This document shows, piece by piece, positions 35,556 through 45,728 of a DNA stretch of 55,528 bases; positions within the stretch are counted from its first letter, which is position 1; the number at the start of each line of letters is the position of its first letter. The notes beneath the pieces were generated by a model. The model worked only from the letters and a program-made list of their open reading frames with translations, had not been told where the DNA came from and ran no database searches. The stretch covers positions 1-55,528 of the forward strand of contig JBFIHX010000016.1 in assembly GCA_041601615.1 (NCBI GenBank), given 5' to 3'. Origin of the DNA: Thermoplasmatota archaeon (GTDB lineage Archaea > Thermoplasmatota > E2 > JACPAO01 > JAHFTW01). A program made the position numbers and the translations under genes.

Positions 35556-38500
35556 ATGAAATCCCTCAAACAAACCAAGAATTTGCACACAACCGCCATC
35601 ATTGTAATGCTCGCATTGAGCATGATCCAGAGTCCAATCCTGGAGCCGGCCGCAGCGCAGACCGAACCATTGGTCACGTGCTATGGTCGATATGAAGGTC
35701 CGGGTTCGGTCCCCGTGCCTGGAACGAGCCTTTCCCTTCCCGTCCAACACCCCTGCAAAGGCTTCAACGATGGAATCCGAACCACGGGCCGCGTAGTCGA
35801 CGGCCTCGAGATCGATGAAAATCGTGACCGACTCGGTGACAAGTGGCAAGCTACCTACGAAGCACTCTACTCCTCCGCCCTCGAGACCTCTACCGATCCC
35901 GACGGAGATGGACTGACCAACGAGGAGGAATTCTGGTGGCTCTCCAACCCCTTTGAAGCTGACTCCGACGGTGATTTTTGGCAAGACAAGCAAGAGTCAC
36001 TGTATTGGGGCAAATTCGCAAAGGGCGAAGGAGGCGTCGTAACAATTGGAGACACGCAGTATGCCTACTCCGCACCGGGCGGGCTGCTCGACACCGATGG
36101 GGACGGAATCACGAACATGAACGATTGGGACTCGGACCATGACGGCCTTAAGGACGGATACGAACTTGGAATCAAAGCCCGCCCCGAGTTGGCCGACACC
36201 GATGGGGACGGCTTGATTGACGGGGGGTACTGGGAACTCAACACGCTTGTTCCTGGCGAATTCTACTTTGCAGGATCCAGGGCCGACGTCAGAGACACGG
36301 ATGGCGATGGCATGGACGACCTCGAGGAATACCAATTCTGGAGTGAACGCGAGGGCATTGTCGACATTCGGTCCTTGAACACAGACGGCGACAGCCTACG
36401 CAACATCCATGACCCTGACTCGGACAACGACGGAGCCTCGGACGGATCGGAGGTTCATTCCAGCCGAACGGACCCTGGGCGAGTGGATACGGATGGTGAC
36501 AGTCTCCCGGACGGCTGGGAAATCGCGTTCCACCAAAATCCGCTCGTCGATGACGCCAATCTGGACTCGGACGCGGACGGTGCAATCAATCAGAAGGAGT
36601 ACTGCCACGGATTGACACTCTGGAGCTGCCTCTCTTGGGATTATTTTGGAATCGGCTCATACTATCAGGGGGGAACATTCCCTGATGATGCCGATTCTGA
36701 GGATGATCTGCTGCTGGATGGCGAAGAAATGGATGCCGGGACCAACCCGCACGCGTGGGACACCGACGAGGACGGAATGCCGGACGAATTTGAAATCCAG
36801 TACGGACTCAATCCACTGGACTCCGGCGACGCGAGCCTCGATAGCGATGCGGATTCGTTCGATCAAAACCTGGATGGCACCCCAGAATTGATTCTCACCA
36901 ATCTCGATGAATATCGCTACGGGCGCCCTGTAGACTACGACGAGAACACGCAAGGTCCGTGGCAACTCGGCACCAGCCCCATGGACCCGGACACGGACGA
37001 CGACACAGCAAATGATGCGCAAGAAGCATACTATGGCACGGATCCTCGCGTTCCGGTGGATGTAGGCGCTGATGAGGACCAGGACGGTCTCAATTGGAGT
37101 CTTGAATTCCGGTACGGCACCGATCCAAACGACCCGGACACCGATGGCGATGGACTCTGTGATGGCGGTCGCGCACCGGCCTGTACTTTCCCGAATCTTC
37201 CCGGCTCCCGGCATCCCGGGGAACTGGACTATGGCTCTACGCCGTGGATGGCCGACTCGGACGACGATGGCGCACCGGACGGCGTCGAGGCGTCGATCTG
37301 GGACCCTGAAGCCTCAGGACTAGACCGAGATGCTGACGGAGACCTTATGGGCGGAATCACAGACAGCGACAGCGACAGCGACGGACTGCTCGATGGGCCA
37401 GAATTGGGGCTCGGTACGAACTTGGACGATCCCGATTCGGACAAAGACCAGCTCAGTGATGGCCACGAAGTGCATTTGTATGGCACCCACCCGCTTCAAC
37501 TTGATTCAGACGAGGACGGCCTCCCCGACGGCGCCGAGGTGTTCGATGTGCATACGGACCCCACGGACCCAGACACGGACGACGACAACCTTACCGATGG
37601 CGCCGAGGTGCTTGAACACGGTACAGACCCGTTCACCCCCGATACGGACCGTGATAGTATGCCGGACGGCTGGGAGGTCCAATACCGACTAAATCCGCGT
37701 GCAGACGATGGCGCGTTGGACCCCGACGCGGACGGCCTCACCAGTGCAAGCGAGTTCATCGAAAATACGAACCCGATGAATGCAGATACGGACCAAGACG
37801 ACTTGCCGGACGGCTGGGAGGTTCGATACGAATTTGATGCCCTCGTACCCAACCGAAATGGGGATCCAGATTCAGATGGTCTTCTCAATCACAGAGAATA
37901 CACACTTGGTACATCACCTATTGATTGGGATACAGATGATGATGGGCTTAGGGACAGCGATGAACCGACACGAGGCACGGATCCGTTGCTACCCGATTCC
38001 GACTTTGATGGCCTTTTGGACGGTCGGGAAGTGCTTCATCATGGAACCAACCCGCTGAACCGAGATTCCGATGGCGACGGCCTGACCGATTTTGACGAAG
38101 TGGTTTCTTCGAGGACCGACCCCAACGACACAGATTCAGACAACGATGGCCTTTCCGACCACGACGAGGTGGTAACGTTCTTTGGCAAATTCAATCCCAA
38201 TGATTGGGACACCAACGACGACGGTTTATCCGACTCAGAGAACGTGGCTCGCTGGGATTGCACCACCTGCGACGACGACAACGATGGTGTCTACAACGAC
38301 CAGGAGCTCTACACCTACGGAACGGACCCCGACCAGGCCGACACAGACTGCGACGGCGTGGAGGATGGAGCCGAAATCTCATACTGGAGCGGACGATACC
38401 ACATCTCCACCTATCAACCGTATCTCTCGGACGCGGACGTGGATGGAGACGGCATCAAGGATGGCATCGAAATAGGGGCTGTGGGCACCCCGCAGCAGGC

Positions 38501-40502
38501 GCTGTACCGCACGCTTCCAGACCGGTCCGACTCCGACTCTGACGGACTGGCGGACTCTTCGGAAGCCCGCAACAACGTTCGCGTCAGTTGCAACCAGGCA
38601 CAAACCCGCGCCGCGCCCATGCAGCAACCAGAACCTCCGACGCCCAAGAGCTTGGCCCGCGCCTTGCGCGACGCCAGCGACTTAATCGAGGGTGCCTTGT
38701 ACGAAGACACCGACGGCACCGTCTTTGGCATGGATGGCGAGGGCGTGTACATCCAAGGCGGCTACGGGGTCCGGCTCTATCCTCTTGCCACTGCCTTGAA
38801 TCTCTTGGACTCAACGGTGGACCTGTCAGAGCTCATGCAACCGTGGACCATGCCGGCAGCGGCGGGGACCAATGGCAAGCTGTCCGATCCCATGAATCCG
38901 GACTCGGACGGAGACACGCTCCTGGACGGGTATGAAATCACGCTGGGCACCAGTCCGACCGCCTGTGATTCGGACTCGGATGGCCTTGGGGATGCACTGG
39001 AGATGCAAGTCTTCGGAACTACCCTCGACAAAAACAATCCCTGCACCCACCTAGACTCCGATCCGAGCACAGGAACTGATCCATTGAATCCGGACACAGA
39101 CGGGGATGGGCAATACCTGGACGGTCGGGAGGACGCGAATGCAAACGGGCGCGTGGATCTCCAACTGGACGCCTTTGCCTACTGCGCCGTGACCGGGGAG
39201 ACGGACCCCTCCGACCTGGACACCGACGACGATGGGCTACCGGACGTGCTCGAACTGGCAAGCTCCGGCACAACCAGCGTCACTAGCGCATGGTGCTTCG
39301 ACTCGGACAAGGATGGCCTCAGCGACGGCCTCGAATTGGGCTACAAGGAAGCTGACAAGTCAACTGGTACTCGCACGGACATCACTCGAACGCTCTCAGG
39401 TCGTAGCATCCCCACTTGGCAGCCTAGTGCCACAGGTGCCATCCTGAACCCTGCAGACCCCGACATGGATCGAGATGGCATCATCGACGGACTTGAGGAT
39501 CTTGACCACGACGGTCGATTCGGACTCGCAGACTACAACACCGAAATAGGCGCGTACGAACTGGACCCTACCAAGCTCGACACCGACGGGGACAAGATCA
39601 GCGACGGCCGAGAATTGCTCATGTGGGGCGCCTCCCGTCACGCCGTGCCCATCGCCGCCGTGCTCCATGCATGGGGTGGCAACGTCCAAGGCATCAAATT
39701 TGACGAGAGCAACCCGATGGAGAGCGATCCACTGGACGTGAACACCGATGGAGACCCTGAGGGGGTCCAGGATGGGCTGGATTTGAATCCAAGGGATGAT
39801 GCGTTTTTGGCGATTGATTTTGGAGCGTTTAAGATGAATGAAAAACCCGACCATAACGATTGGACTGTTGAACTATATTTCAACAAAATCACCATAGATA
39901 TTCCATTCACAGAGGGCGGATATGAAGTAAGGCTTGGGGAAGCGACTCATGTCTCGATGCCAGGTAAATCGTGGACGGAAATTCCAGGCCCAATTCTCGA
40001 CGATTTAGAGAATAAAAACCCAACGCTCAAGCCATCGTCGATTGCAGCAGCTTCATATTGGTCACTATATCGTCTCAGAGGAGCGACGAGCATGCTGGCG
40101 GTTAATTTACCTGACTCTGGTGCTGATTTAAATCCTGGAAGCCAGAAAGTGACTGTAAAAATATGGGCCAAGGACTGGGACCCCCACAGTGCCAACGATG
40201 TTTTGGACTTCAACCCTGTGTCTGGCGCGGCAGAGGCAATCTATGAATTCGACCTCAGCAACATTTTAGCAAATAAAATCCCGGATCCCGAGCACCCCCA
40301 TTTAGCCACTGAATCTATGTTTGCGGATCGATTTGCCGATGATGATCGGACCAATGCTGGTGAAGGTGACGCCGCGATTCGGATGAGACTCGGAGACAAC
40401 ATCCCAGAGTTTTTCCTGCAGACCGTCCTCGAAGTCCGCAAGGGAAACGTCGCCCAACCCCCGATTGGAAACACTTGTTACAGCGGAACTGGCTGCGTCT
40501 AA
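35556..40502 (+). CDS. Large secreted protein with many DxDxDG Ca-binding (TSP3/binary-toxin-like) repeats
   Basis: Signal peptide ending AAA-Q, dozens of T(D/N)P...D(T/S)DxDGLxDGxE repeats, and a non-repetitive C-terminal ~240 aa. Confidence 0.88.
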   Translation: MKSLKQTKNLHTTAIIVMLALSMIQSPILEPAAAQTEPLVTCYGRYEGPGSVPVPGTSLSLPVQHPCKGFNDGIRTTGRVVDGLEIDENRDRLGDKWQATYEALYSSALETSTDPDGDGLTNEEEFWWLSNPFEADSDGDFWQDKQESLYWGKFAKGEGGVVTIGDTQYAYSAPGGLLDTDGDGITNMNDWDSDHDGLKDGYELGIKARPELADTDGDGLIDGGYWELNTLVPGEFYFAGSRADVRDTDGDGMDDLEEYQFWSEREGIVDIRSLNTDGDSLRNIHDPDSDNDGASDGSEVHSSRTDPGRVDTDGDSLPDGWEIAFHQNPLVDDANLDSDADGAINQKEYCHGLTLWSCLSWDYFGIGSYYQGGTFPDDADSEDDLLLDGEEMDAGTNPHAWDTDEDGMPDEFEIQYGLNPLDSGDASLDSDADSFDQNLDGTPELILTNLDEYRYGRPVDYDENTQGPWQLGTSPMDPDTDDDTANDAQEAYYGTDPRVPVDVGADEDQDGLNWSLEFRYGTDPNDPDTDGDGLCDGGRAPACTFPNLPGSRHPGELDYGSTPWMADSDDDGAPDGVEASIWDPEASGLDRDADGDLMGGITDSDSDSDGLLDGPELGLGTNLDDPDSDKDQLSDGHEVHLYGTHPLQLDSDEDGLPDGAEVFDVHTDPTDPDTDDDNLTDGAEVLEHGTDPFTPDTDRDSMPDGWEVQYRLNPRADDGALDPDADGLTSASEFIENTNPMNADTDQDDLPDGWEVRYEFDALVPNRNGDPDSDGLLNHREYTLGTSPIDWDTDDDGLRDSDEPTRGTDPLLPDSDFDGLLDGREVLHHGTNPLNRDSDGDGLTDFDEVVSSRTDPNDTDSDNDGLSDHDEVVTFFGKFNPNDWDTNDDGLSDSENVARWDCTTCDDDNDGVYNDQELYTYGTDPDQADTDCDGVEDGAEISYWSGRYHISTYQPYLSDADVDGDGIKDGIEIGAVGTPQQALYRTLPDRSDSDSDGLADSSEARNNVRVSCNQAQTRAAPMQQPEPPTPKSLARALRDASDLIEGALYEDTDGTVFGMDGEGVYIQGGYGVRLYPLATALNLLDSTVDLSELMQPWTMPAAAGTNGKLSDPMNPDSDGDTLLDGYEITLGTSPTACDSDSDGLGDALEMQVFGTTLDKNNPCTHLDSDPSTGTDPLNPDTDGDGQYLDGREDANANGRVDLQLDAFAYCAVTGETDPSDLDTDDDGLPDVLELASSGTTSVTSAWCFDSDKDGLSDGLELGYKEADKSTGTRTDITRTLSGRSIPTWQPSATGAILNPADPDMDRDGIIDGLEDLDHDGRFGLADYNTEIGAYELDPTKLDTDGDKISDGRELLMWGASRHAVPIAAVLHAWGGNVQGIKFDESNPMESDPLDVNTDGDPEGVQDGLDLNPRDDAFLAIDFGAFKMNEKPDHNDWTVELYFNKITIDIPFTEGGYEVRLGEATHVSMPGKSWTEIPGPILDDLENKNPTLKPSSIAAASYWSLYRLRGATSMLAVNLPDSGADLNPGSQKVTVKIWAKDWDPHSANDVLDFNPVSGAAEAIYEFDLSNILANKIPDPEHPHLATESMFADRFADDDRTNAGEGDAAIRMRLGDNIPEFFLQTVLEVRKGNVAQPPIGNTCYSGTGCV

Positions 40503-40504
40503 GC

Positions 40505-40960
40505 ATGAAGGCTTTCCTCATCCCCCTCCTCCTTCTGATTTTCTTGTCGATCCTGAGCGGATGTCTTGACCCGATTGAGTCCGATAACAGGCCCCTCACC
40601 GTGTATGTGGTGAACGAGGCCGGCGTGGGATTGTATTCACGCTATGCACACAATGGAAATGGTGCAGGAGGGCATTACCTTCCCGCAAATGATACATCAA
40701 GCATTAATTTTGGCTGCAGAACAACCAGCTACGAGGGCTACGGCGAAAAAACATGGAATTTCACATTGACCATGAATTATGGAATCTTCGGCGATGGAGA
40801 TGTTTTTGCTGAAAAAGATGGCATAGTTTCATGTAATCAATATTCATTCTGGATCCACCCAGATAAAATCATTTACTTTGAAAAGGGGCGCCCCTGGACA
40901 GGTTATGATTCAGACGGCAATCGAATATACAAGCTGGCCCCATGGGAACGCAACCCGTAA
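40505..40960 (+). CDS. Small lipoprotein of unknown function
   Basis: MKAFLIPLLLLIFLSILSGC lipobox. Starts 2 bp after the upstream stop. AT-rich. Confidence 0.75.
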   Translation: MKAFLIPLLLLIFLSILSGCLDPIESDNRPLTVYVVNEAGVGLYSRYAHNGNGAGGHYLPANDTSSINFGCRTTSYEGYGEKTWNFTLTMNYGIFGDGDVFAEKDGIVSCNQYSFWIHPDKIIYFEKGRPWTGYDSDGNRIYKLAPWERNP

Positions 40961-41134
40961 TCATGCGTGATCCAAGTCCGCACCGTTCCTCGGTGATTTC
41001 GGCGTCGCGCCGACGCGTGTGGCTCGTCCAAAAAACAGCCGCCTCGCGCCCGAAGGACGCCTCAAAAAAGGTAGGAAATAGAGGGAAAAGATTGACGCTC
41101 GGCGCGCCGTCTGCCTAGAATATCGCGTCTGCGA

Positions 41135-41326
41135 TTATTCGTAGGGTGCGGCGTCCTTGATCAGGTCGCAGTACGACACAAGCATGCGTCGGCAGCAGAA
41201 GCGCGTGAGTCCGGAAGCGTCTAGTGCTTCCTTTCCGGGCGTGCCTGCTGCTACCGCCGCCTCGAACTGTTCGTGGGCGGAGGCGACGACGGTGCCGCAT
41301 GTGAAGCAGCGAACAGGGATCATCAT
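41135..41326 (-). CDS. rpoN: DNA-directed RNA polymerase subunit N (Rpo10)
   Basis: MMIPVRCFTCG...RFCCRRML. Confidence 0.97.
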   Translation of the reverse strand: MMIPVRCFTCGTVVASAHEQFEAAVAAGTPGKEALDASGLTRFCCRRMLVSYCDLIKDAAPYE

Positions 41327-41333
41327 GGATGAA

Positions 41334-41738
41334 TCACCTGTACGACTTCTGGCGCTTGGCGCGAGCACCGCGACCGAGAGGCTTCTTGGTCTCCTTGGTG
41401 CGCGTGTCGTTGACCAGCAGGGTGCGGTCGTACGTCAGGTACTGTGTCTTGAGCTCTTCATCGTTGATGTAGTCGATGATGCCGCGGGCGATGGCGGTGC
41501 GCACTGCGTCCGCTTGGCCCATGACACCGCCGCCTTCGACGGTGACTTTGATGTCGAGTTTGCCGGCTTTCTTGCCGGCGATGAACAGGGGTTCCTGAAT
41601 CTTGAGGCGTTGCAGTTCCGTTCCGTAGATCTCCATGGGGATCTTGTTGATGCGAACCTTGCCGTTGCCCTTCATGACGGCGGCGCGTGCGACGGCCGTC
41701 TTGCGCTTTCCGCTGGTGTTGATGACCTTCTTCGCCAT
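41334..41738 (-). CDS. rps9: 30S ribosomal protein S9
   Basis: [32 protein letters not shown]. Confidence 0.98.
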   Translation of the reverse strand: MAKKVINTSGKRKTAVARAAVMKGNGKVRINKIPMEIYGTELQRLKIQEPLFIAGKKAGKLDIKVTVEGGGVMGQADAVRTAIARGIIDYINDEELKTQYLTYDRTLLVNDTRTKETKKPLGRGARAKRQKSYR

Positions 41739-41740
41739 GG

Positions 41741-42172
41741 TTATGCCTCCATCCTGTCGGGAGCACCGAGGAAGCGGCTGAGCTCGGAGACGGTCATGAA
41801 GGACCGGGCCTCGCGTGCGGCGGCTTCGATGGTGATGAGTTCTTGTCCCGCAAGTTCGCGGGGGATGCCGATGTGGGCTTGGATGCGCTTGTACGCTTCC
41901 CGGCCGTCGGGCTTTTGGTAGGGCAGCATGCCGCGAACGGTGCGCTTGACGAGCAAGTGGGGTTCACGGGGGAAGAACGGACCCTTACGGGCTGTTCCGA
42001 CTTCGCGCTTGAAGCGGTAGCGGGCCTGGATGGCCTTCTTGCTGCTGCCGGTGATGATTGCCTTCTCGGCGTTGACGATGTGTACCGTCTCGCCGTTCTT
42101 GGCGCGTTGGGCGACGTTGGTGGCCATGCGGCCAAGAACGAGTCCGGTTGCGTCGATGATCGTGGTTGTCAT
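41741..42172 (-). CDS. rpl13: 50S ribosomal protein L13
   Basis: [30 protein letters not shown]. Confidence 0.97.
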   Translation of the reverse strand: MTTTIIDATGLVLGRMATNVAQRAKNGETVHIVNAEKAIITGSSKKAIQARYRFKREVGTARKGPFFPREPHLLVKRTVRGMLPYQKPDGREAYKRIQAHIGIPRELAGQELITIEAAAREARSFMTVSELSRFLGAPDRMEA

Positions 42173-42177
42173 GGTGG

Positions 42178-42546
42178 TCACCCGATGATCCGGCATTTCT
42201 CGCCCTTGGGGAAGGCGGTGACGCCTTCGGGGAGGGTGAGGACTTTTCCGCCCGCTGCGGCCACTTTGGCCACGGCGGAGGCGCTCGCGCTGTAGGCAAC
42301 GATGGTGCATGCCTTCTCCAGTTCGCCGCTTCCTAGCAGCTTGCCGGGGACGATGACGTGCTCGCCGTCGCGTACGTGTGCGCTTACTTTGCTGACGTTC
42401 ACCTGCGCCCAGTTGCGAGACGAGCGCTCCAATCGGAGTGCGATGTCTCGCCAGATGGGGGCCTCATTGATGCGACCTGCGTTTTTCAGGTCGGCGATGA
42501 GACTCACGAGCGCAGGGTTCGACTTTCGGTCGGATCCCTTGGCCAT
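42178..42546 (-). CDS. rpl18e: 50S ribosomal protein L18e
   Basis: KSNP.L..LI, APIWRDIA..L, VNVSK, VPGKLLGSG. Confidence 0.96.
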   Translation of the reverse strand: MAKGSDRKSNPALVSLIADLKNAGRINEAPIWRDIALRLERSSRNWAQVNVSKVSAHVRDGEHVIVPGKLLGSGELEKACTIVAYSASASAVAKVAAAGGKVLTLPEGVTAFPKGEKCRIIG

Positions 42547-42675
42547 TGTGTCTGACTCCTTCGACGTGCAGGAAGTTCCGGGATGGCCCGGCCTCCTGTC
42601 GCTGGGCGCGCGACGGGGGTGTGCTATATGAATCGAACCGTACGATTGGGCAGGTTGTTCGAAGTGGAATGATTG

Positions 42676-42768
42676 GGAGGGGCGGGGGGGGGGGTGGCTG
42701 CGGGCGCGGTGGCGGTGGTGGTGGTGGTGGTGGTGGTGATGGTGGTGGTGGTGATGGTGGGCGGGGGC
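42676..42768. repeat. G-rich low-complexity tract: poly-G plus (GGT)n microsatellite
   Basis: A run of about 11 G followed by many GGT units with two GAT interruptions, in the intergenic region between divergent operons. Confidence 0.9.
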
Positions 42769-42882
42769 GAATGGTTGTTTGGCCGGTCTGCCCTTTCTCC
42801 CGCTCTTCGTGGAAGCGTTGGTCTAAAAAGTATGTCTCGGATAATCTGTGCGTCTGCCCCCTGGCGGCGGGACGAACCAACC

Positions 42883-43362
42883 ATGTCCTTGATCAAAGAT
42901 GCGCCCGAGGCGAAACGATCGATCATTCTTCTTGTGGATGACGAGCAGGATATCCTAGAGAGTCTCAAGGAGTTGTTGGAGGCAACGATTCCGGATACGG
43001 ACATCCTTACGGCGCCGGATGGCGACGTTGCTTTGGATCTGTTGAAGGAGAATCCTATCTCGCTGATTGTGAGTGATTACAAGATGCCTGGAATGAACGG
43101 GTTGGAGTTTTTGCGCGAGGCGTACAAGCGCTCCCCGTCGGTGCCGCGGCTGCTGATGACGGCGTTTCCGGATTTGCAGATTGCAATTGAGGCGATCAAT
43201 GAAGCGTCGATTGAGAGTTTCTTCACGAAACCCTTGGACCCGGAGGAAGTGGTTCGGGTGCTGTCGGGGATGTTGGAGTCGCGCCAGGCTGGCTTGCAGC
43301 GAGACCGGGCGTTTGCTCGTGCCATGGATTTGATGCGAAAGCAGGGCGGGGGTGGCGCGTGA
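42883..43362 (+). CDS. Single-domain response regulator
   Basis: ILLVDDE, IVSDYKMPGMNG, LMTA, FTKP. Confidence 0.93.
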   Translation: MSLIKDAPEAKRSIILLVDDEQDILESLKELLEATIPDTDILTAPDGDVALDLLKENPISLIVSDYKMPGMNGLEFLREAYKRSPSVPRLLMTAFPDLQIAIEAINEASIESFFTKPLDPEEVVRVLSGMLESRQAGLQRDRAFARAMDLMRKQGGGGA

Positions 43363-43733
43363 GTGATGAACATGATCGGGCCACGGAGGTGCTGCGTCGG
43401 CTCGTGGATCGTGACGGGGTGCAGGGTGCCTGCATTGTGAGTCGCGATGGCTTGCCAGTGTTGGCGGAGTGGCCCAGTGGAGCAAATGTGGATACGGTGG
43501 CGGCGATGGCGGCGGCGCTGATGGGGGCTGCTGAGGCGAGTCTTCTGGAGTTTGGAGATCGTGGCATCGAGACGGTGTTGGTATCGTCGCAGGGGATGCA
43601 GATCGCGGTGCATGGAGTCGACGACGAGGTGCTGTTGTTGGCTGCAATGGAGCGCACGGTGTCTACAGAGGCGATGGATGAGTTCTTGCGCGCATCCTTG
43701 GCCGACCTCGGGGCGATTCTTTCGGAGGCGTAG
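43359..43733 (+). CDS. Roadblock/LC7 (MglB-like) protein
   Basis: GVQGACIVSRDGLPV...VAAMAAALMGAA. Confidence 0.9.
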   Translation: MSDEHDRATEVLRRLVDRDGVQGACIVSRDGLPVLAEWPSGANVDTVAAMAAALMGAAEASLLEFGDRGIETVLVSSQGMQIAVHGVDDEVLLLAAMERTVSTEAMDEFLRASLADLGAILSEA

Positions 43734-43739
43734 GATTTC

Positions 43740-44900
43740 GTGGCGCTTTTTGGTGTTCCCAAGTTGGATGAGGTTCTGATGGAGGGCCGGCAGGCGCACA
43801 GCGTGTTGTTGGTCAGCGAGCCGGCAGTGGAGGCGGAGCCTTTTCTGTACCAAGCGGCGCGGTTGCGTTTGCAGGAAGGTGGTGAGGTGGTGTACGTGGT
43901 GACGAACAGGAGCCCGATGCGGGTACGCGAGGCGCTGGAGGGGCAGGGCCTGCAGGGTTTTGCTCGACTGTTTTTTGTGGATGCGTTCTCGGCGCTGCTG
44001 GGCATCCATGATGGCGAGGCGCCTGTCTTGTCCGATCCGGACGATGTGGCGGGGCTTGCGGCTATGATCGAGGAAGCGGCCCGGTTGCATCCGGATGCTT
44101 TGCTGGTTTTTGATTCACTTTCTGGGTTGGCGCTGCGCTCTGGTGAGGCATTCGGGCAGGCGTCCAAGCAACTCGGTGATGCCATGGCGGCGTTTTCGTG
44201 CACTGTGGCGTTGTACACCCAATGGGGCGAGGAGGCTGAACAACCGATGCTTTCTGGCTTCGCGGATCAAGTTCTGCTTTCGGGGGTGCAGCAGCGCATC
44301 ACCTCGAACCAGTACTTTCGGGTGCGCCGGTTGGATGGGGCACCGCGTGACGTGGACGAGGCGGTGCTGTACCGCACGGATGCCTCGGGCGTGCACGTGT
44401 ACATTCCCAAGATTGTGGTCACGGGCCCGGAGGACGCGGGCAAGACCACGTTCATTCATGCAGTGTGCGATTCGGCGGTCAGCACGGAGCGTGGCGGGAC
44501 CACGGTCGCGTTGGATCGAGGTCAGATTCATCGGGATGGGCTTGTGGTGGAGATGTTTGGCTCGCCGGGTCAGGATCGATTTGCGCCGCTTATTGCGCCC
44601 TTGCTGCGGCAAGCGGTGGGAGTGGTGTTGATGGTGGATGCGACGCGGCCGGAGTCGTTTGAACGGGCGCGGCGTATGTTCCAGGAAATTTGGGATGGCG
44701 GCCGTTGTGCCGTTGTTGCAGCCAACAAACAGGATCTTGCGGGTGCGGTCGGTCCGGGGGAGGTTGCGCGGTTGCTGCATTTGCCTGCGGGCGTGATGGT
44801 GGTGGGTTGTCGGGCCAGCGTCCCGGATTCCGCTGGTTCCGTGCTGACACTCCTTATTGACCGAATCCTGCGGGGTTCGAAGGGGGGAAACGACGAATGA
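43740..44900 (+). CDS. Fusion of a degenerate KaiC/RAD55-like domain and an MglA-like small GTPase
   Basis: N-terminus FGVPKLDEVL, FVDAFS, VFDSLS with no Walker A. C-terminus GPEDAGKTT, TTVALD, GSPGQ.RF, ANKQDL. Confidence 0.85.
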   Translation: MALFGVPKLDEVLMEGRQAHSVLLVSEPAVEAEPFLYQAARLRLQEGGEVVYVVTNRSPMRVREALEGQGLQGFARLFFVDAFSALLGIHDGEAPVLSDPDDVAGLAAMIEEAARLHPDALLVFDSLSGLALRSGEAFGQASKQLGDAMAAFSCTVALYTQWGEEAEQPMLSGFADQVLLSGVQQRITSNQYFRVRRLDGAPRDVDEAVLYRTDASGVHVYIPKIVVTGPEDAGKTTFIHAVCDSAVSTERGGTTVALDRGQIHRDGLVVEMFGSPGQDRFAPLIAPLLRQAVGVVLMVDATRPESFERARRMFQEIWDGGRCAVVAANKQDLAGAVGPGEVARLLHLPAGVMVVGCRASVPDSAGSVLTLLIDRILRGSKGGNDE

Positions 44901-45622
44901 GCCTGTCCACTGGAGTTCGACAAATTGATGTGCTGCTCAATGGCGGGGTTGCCGATCATGAGCGCCTGCTGTTGTATGGTCCAAGTTTCCAGGGCAAGGA
45001 ATCGCTGGCAAGGCAGGCGTTGCTTGCAAACATGCACTTGGGCATTCCTGGCGTCATGGTGCTCACAAACGCGGCGTCGCAGGACGTGCGCGTGGAACTG
45101 GAGCGGGCGGACCCGAACTTTCCCCAGTATGAGAAGGAGGGGCTGTGTTGGTTCGTGGATGCCTACAGCCGCCAAGTGGGTCTCAAGGACAACGCCCGCA
45201 ACGTGGAGCATGTGGATAGTCCCGTGGACACCAACAGCCTTAGTTTGGCGTTGAATCGAATCCACAGTCAGATCATCAAGAAGGGCCAGCAGCACTTGAT
45301 GGTGGTGGACAGCGCCTCGACCTTGGTGTTGTATTCCAATGCCCAGGCAACGTTCCGATTCCTGCAGGTGCTCATTGGACGGGCCCGGCAAGCGGGTGCA
45401 GTGTCGATGGTGCTCTTGGACCACGGCATGCATTCGGAAGCGGAGGTGCAGATGTTCAAGCACCTCGTGGACGGCTGCATCGAACTTCGCACCAACAACG
45501 AACGCACGCAGTTGGCCGTGGAGGGGCTCGGGTTGAGCCGAAGCCCGGGTTGGCTTGATTACAAACTTGAAGGCGAACGGCTGGAAGTGACGGGCTCGTT
45601 GGCGGCGGGGAGGATCCACTGA
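44897..45622 (+). CDS. RAD55/KaiC-like RecA-fold ATPase with a variant Walker A
   Basis: STGVRQIDVLLNGG, YGPSFQGKE, FVDAYS, VVDSASTL, DGCIEL. Confidence 0.85.
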   Translation: MSLSTGVRQIDVLLNGGVADHERLLLYGPSFQGKESLARQALLANMHLGIPGVMVLTNAASQDVRVELERADPNFPQYEKEGLCWFVDAYSRQVGLKDNARNVEHVDSPVDTNSLSLALNRIHSQIIKKGQQHLMVVDSASTLVLYSNAQATFRFLQVLIGRARQAGAVSMVLLDHGMHSEAEVQMFKHLVDGCIELRTNNERTQLAVEGLGLSRSPGWLDYKLEGERLEVTGSLAAGRIH

Positions 45623-45728
45623 TGGCTCCCGTCGTCGTGCCCGCCATCGAAGCTTCCTCGGCTTGTTCCGCCCGGACGGCACCCAACCTTCTATCGCCTA
45701 GAACTTTCATGCATCCGGACGTGGACCC

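Noticed and set aside
35235-41100. tRNA-integrated island bounded by a direct repeat
   Set aside because: I found no duplicate of the tRNA 3' end near 41 kb and no integrase in the segment.
42673-42882. Poly-Val/Gly N-terminal extension of the response regulator and overlapping poly-Pro/Thr ORFs
   Set aside because: These are translation artefacts of the (GGT)n tract. The receiver domain starts at about 42883.
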